NCBI RefSeq assembly: GCF_009914755.1
Contig: NC_060934.1
DNA from: the human T2T-CHM13v2.0 reference genome, Homo sapiens
Length of the DNA: 64,000 nucleotides
Strand: one strand, 5' to 3'
The notes under the pieces are model-generated. The model searched no databases. It saw only the letters and a program-made list of their open reading frames with translations, and was not told where the DNA came from. Below, one piece after another: positions 58,171-64,000 of this stretch (positions within the stretch are counted from its first letter, which is position 1; the number at the start of each line of letters is the position of its first letter). Position numbers and translations under genes: made by a program.

Positions 58171-59478
58171 TTATTTTCCTGCTGACCCTGAAATTCATTA
58201 TGACAGAGTCCCCTTACTATTTTCCCCTGCGATAGATTTTCCATGGATACTTGAAATTCTTGTTAATTGTGACATTGCATCTCGGGGAATTTCAGCCCAT
58301 CATTTAAGTCTGGTAGACCACAGGGACAGATTCTCAATATTCTACACTTCTGACATAATGAAACTGTAAAATAAACAGACCACAGATTTTCATGAAGGTT
58401 CTAAAAGCAAGAAAATGGTAATTATACCTTGAAGAGTCTTAAATGGATTTCTTAGATAAAAAGCCCATGTTATGTTTTCAAATCTCATTGTATGTTCTGC
58501 AATTTTATTACGTAAATTAGTTCTGGGTAGTCAATCAGGCAACAAGTATTAATACTGAGTGCTTATTTCATTTAATCCACAAACATTTCTGGGCAGTTAA
58601 CTATATGTAAAGGACTAGATATACAAATGACTGACAGTTCCTACCTGCTCAAAGTATTGTTTTGTTGTCTTTGGCCTCATGGATAAGACAAAAACAGAAA
58701 TGAATTCATTACAATGTAATGTGGCAGATGAAATAATAGAAATGTACTGGGTCTTGAGGAGTACAAAGTGCTAGAGATACGCAACCAGAATATATTTTCC
58801 TATAATTACTTTTATTCAAGCAAATTATTATACCACCCTATATAGAGATACAGAAATGCAGAGATCCCCTATGGATTTATGTTTTAGTTACTTCTTGGAA
58901 AAACTGAGTCTTAGAAATTTAACTCGGAGCATATTCAATACTGGGAGTATAGTCACTGTTTTAAAAAGTAAAAGGAGGTGAACATGCTACCTCTATCAGT
59001 CAGTGTGACAATTGATCCTATTTAAAATATTATAAGGAATGACCTGTGCACTAAAGGGTAGTGTCAGTTTTCACCTGGGCAGATAATTCTCTTTTCCCCG
59101 CTTCTTGGAAAACACAAAAATCTCATGGAATACTGTGTGTACAGTCCACCACAGAGAGGGAATGGCATCTCAACTAGCTAGTGTTCCAGCAGATAGCACA
59201 CATGCCGGAAGTACTGATTCAGTGTTTTTTACAGCAAATATCCAAAGGTCAAGAGACAGACTGAGAGAAAGAGAAGCAGGGTGTGAGAGAGGGAGGAGAG
59301 AGATTGATTATGAGTCTGGGGTCATGTTTTAAATGAGTAACCAGAATCACCAGTCAAAACAAAGCATTCCTGTATTCTCTAACTTGAAGTACTCCCAATG
59401 TAAAGATCAGTTGTGTTAACCCCATTCTTAGTCCAAAATACAAGTGTGTAGCTGACGTTGATTTATGTTCCACTTAAT

Positions 59479-59818
<340 letters not shown>

Positions 59819-60657
59819 TAGAAGGAAACCCAATTCTGCCTAAATCCTTATAGTTGGATATAATAGCCTACTGCCTTAAAAGAAGGGGGGATAAGATAAA
59901 GCAAACAAAAAAAAAAATACCTGGCTACTTTGAAATAAGTAGGTATTATATTCTCTTCAAGATTACCTTTATATTTCATGTTATTGAAACAGTTAACATG
60001 TACATAGAAATTCACTGTAGGAATGCAAACGCTATGGCATTTTGCTTTTTAAAATGTCAGCTCACTGAACATACAAGTGTTTACATGAATTAAATTCCAG
60101 ATCAGAGGCACATAGTGGAAAGAGTTAGATCACATCTTGCTCACTCTGCATCTCCCCAGAGCAGTAGCTTCATGCATGGCACCCACCTGAGGAAGGGAAA
60201 TATCCAGTGTGGAGCCAAAGGCTGCACGACGAGCTCTGATGCAACCATTGGTGACACTTCACTTGGGCTATTGGACAGCAGATGTGTGACTGAAGGTGAC
60301 TGTTTCAGTTGTGATAACATCTTCAAGGGAGTTTCTGTGCTGGGTTTCCTGTCTCTCCTTCTCATCCTGTCTTTCCCTCCTCCCCAAATCCAAGTAGAAA
60401 GAAAAGTAGGACAGTATTCACAGTGGTGAAGTGATAGTGAAAATGTCCTCAACGTTTGCACATGCACATATACACATCAGTGCTGTCTTTCATAGGTCTC
60501 TAGTGATGATTCTTTCTGCTGTAATCCTCAATTCTCAAAGGGGCAGGGAACAAAAGAAAAAAGCCCATACAGAAAAAGAATGTACAATATATAGACTATG
60601 AAATTATGGAAATCATCTTAAGCCTGTTCTTTGGCTATTATAATATTGGAGAAGAAA

Positions 60658-61562
<905 letters not shown>

Positions 61563-61802
61563 TAATATTTAAAAGTACTATGATATAGAGCAGTAATAAT
61601 TGCAGTTGTAAACATCAAATGCGATCAGTTTACTAACTAATCTATTCATTTCAAAAATATTCATTGAGCCCCTCCCATGCGGCAGGCATGTTCTAGGTGC
61701 TGAAAATACATCAGTGAATAAAACCAAAGTCTGTACCGTCATGAAGCTTTGTCTGGGGGAAAAAACACATAAAACAATAAATATTAATAAATACTAAGAA
61801 GA

Positions 61803-62463
<661 letters not shown>

Positions 62464-63306
62464 TTAGATATTCAGGGAAGGGGGCTCTGATAAGTGAGAA
62501 TTAAATAGGGACTTACGGGAATCAGGGAGAGGCCCTACAGGTCCACTGGGGAAGCACATTCCAAAGAGAGGAAGCGCAGATTCCAGGCCTTGAGGCTGAA
62601 GACTTCTCATTGATTCAGGAGAAAAGTGCAACTGGACCTGAACGAGGGAGAGGGAGATAAAAATGGCCTAGTACAGAGGGTGTTTATAGACCATGACGAG
62701 GGCTTCAGGTAGGATTGGGAGATGGGAAGCTCGGGGAAGCCCTGCGTGGAGGAGTAGAGCACTCTCGAGTCTCATTTGGGCTGCCGATTGTAGGGGCTCA
62801 CGGAGGGAAGCAGCAAGTCCTGATGGAGGCTGTGGGGATAATCTAAGAGACACGGCGGTGTCCTGGACTAGTGTGATTGTATCGTAAAACAGAGAGAAGA
62901 CGTGACTCTAACCACAGTATTCAAATAACACGTGAACCCAGGGGACAACAAGGAAGACGGGCCCTGAAGACAGAGCATTAGCTGTGTGCGCGTTGCTTTC
63001 AAGACTCTGGGAATGAAACAAGCACAGTAACAATATTTTCCTGAAGTAAAACAATCCTTGCTTAATTGAAATTTTTCATTTCTCTTTTTCTTTTTTGTAA
63101 TTTACTAGGCATTGTGGGGTCTGTCAAAAGCTATAAAATGTCATCCCTGGGAGCTTCTAGTTGGGGAGATAAGACGGGGATTTCTCTTACAGTTTAAAGC
63201 ATTATACGATTAAGGATCAAATGTCAGCAAATTCTTTTAGAGTTAAGAAAAAGCAGAGATTTCTATGGATTGGCATATCAGAAGAGGGTAGGACCTGAGC
63301 TGCATC

Positions 63307-64000
63307 TTTTTTTTTTTTTCTTAATAGACTTTATTATTTAGAGCAGTTTTGAGTTCCCAGTAAAATTGAACAGAAAGTACTGAGGGTTCCCATTCACCCA
63401 CTGCCTGCTCCCTCCACAGCCTCCCCCACTATCAACATCCCCCACCAGAGTGGCACATTTATTATAACTGATGAAACTACACTGGCACATCATAGTCAGC
63501 AGAGACCACAGTTTACATTAGGGGTTGCTCTTGGTGTTGTACATTCCATGGGTTTGGACAAACGTATAAAGACATGTATCTACCATTGCAGTATCATACA
63601 GACTAGTTGTACTGCTATCAACATCCTCTTTGCTGCTTCTCTTCATCCCTCCCTCCCTGTACCCGCTGGCATCCATTGATTTTTTTTTTTGGAAACTGTA
63701 TTCATAATTTTACCTTTCCCAGAATGCCATAATTGGAATCACACAGTATGTGGCCTTCTCAGTTTGACTTCTTTCACTTACCAATATGCATTTCAGATTC
63801 CTCCGTATCTTTTTATGGCTTTATACTTCATTTCTTTTTAGTGCTGAATAATATTCCGTTGTCTGAATGTAGCACAGTTTATTCATTCACCAAATGAGCG
63901 ACCTCTTCATTGTTTCCAAGTTTTGGCAGTTGAATAAAGCTGCTTTAAATATCTGTTTGCAGGTTTTTGTGGGGACATAAGTTTTCAGTTCATTTGGGTA
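63307..64000 (-). mobile_element. L1MB1/2-like 3' end, runs off the window
   Basis: ttaatagactttattattagagcagtttt..aaaattgaacagaaagtac..tcccccactatcaacatcccccaccagagtgg. Confidence 0.85.

Noticed and set aside
63138-63160. MSSLGAS, resembling the N-terminus of MAP3K20/ZAK
   Set aside because: Similarity stops after 7 residues and no kinase sequence follows; coincidence.
63443-63458. CTCF-like ccaccagagtggca
   Set aside because: Part of the L1MB 3'UTR consensus and an imperfect match; no independent support.

Overview
Primate, most likely human, genomic DNA. It is AT-rich and looks like the intronic interior of a large gene transcribed on the + strand. It holds about 25 Alu/FLAM copies (J, S and Y families, many with visible target-site duplications), old L1M/L2/MIR fragments, three MaLR LTRs and several DNA-transposon MITEs. 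There is no prokaryotic content, CRISPR array, rRNA or tRNA. All ORFs in the supplied track look spurious (Alu-derived or chance), except one that overlaps a Tc2/Kanga transposase relic. The genic signal is four short + strand exon candidates with good splice sites: A 77-143, B 1220-1270, C 1555-1596 and D 33456-33526. They look like 5'-leader or small-ORF exons; I could not name the host gene. The best observation is that exon B contains a copy of the U1 snRNA 5' end (ATACTTACC) that folds back in a 10-bp hairpin over its own 5' splice site. Including exon B would add two AUGs in frame with a reading frame that runs through C and D and overlaps an AUG in D. This suggests a structure-gated splicing/uORF switch, which is a hypothesis. 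Repeat subfamily calls come from recalled consensus sequences, and boundaries of old elements are approximate.
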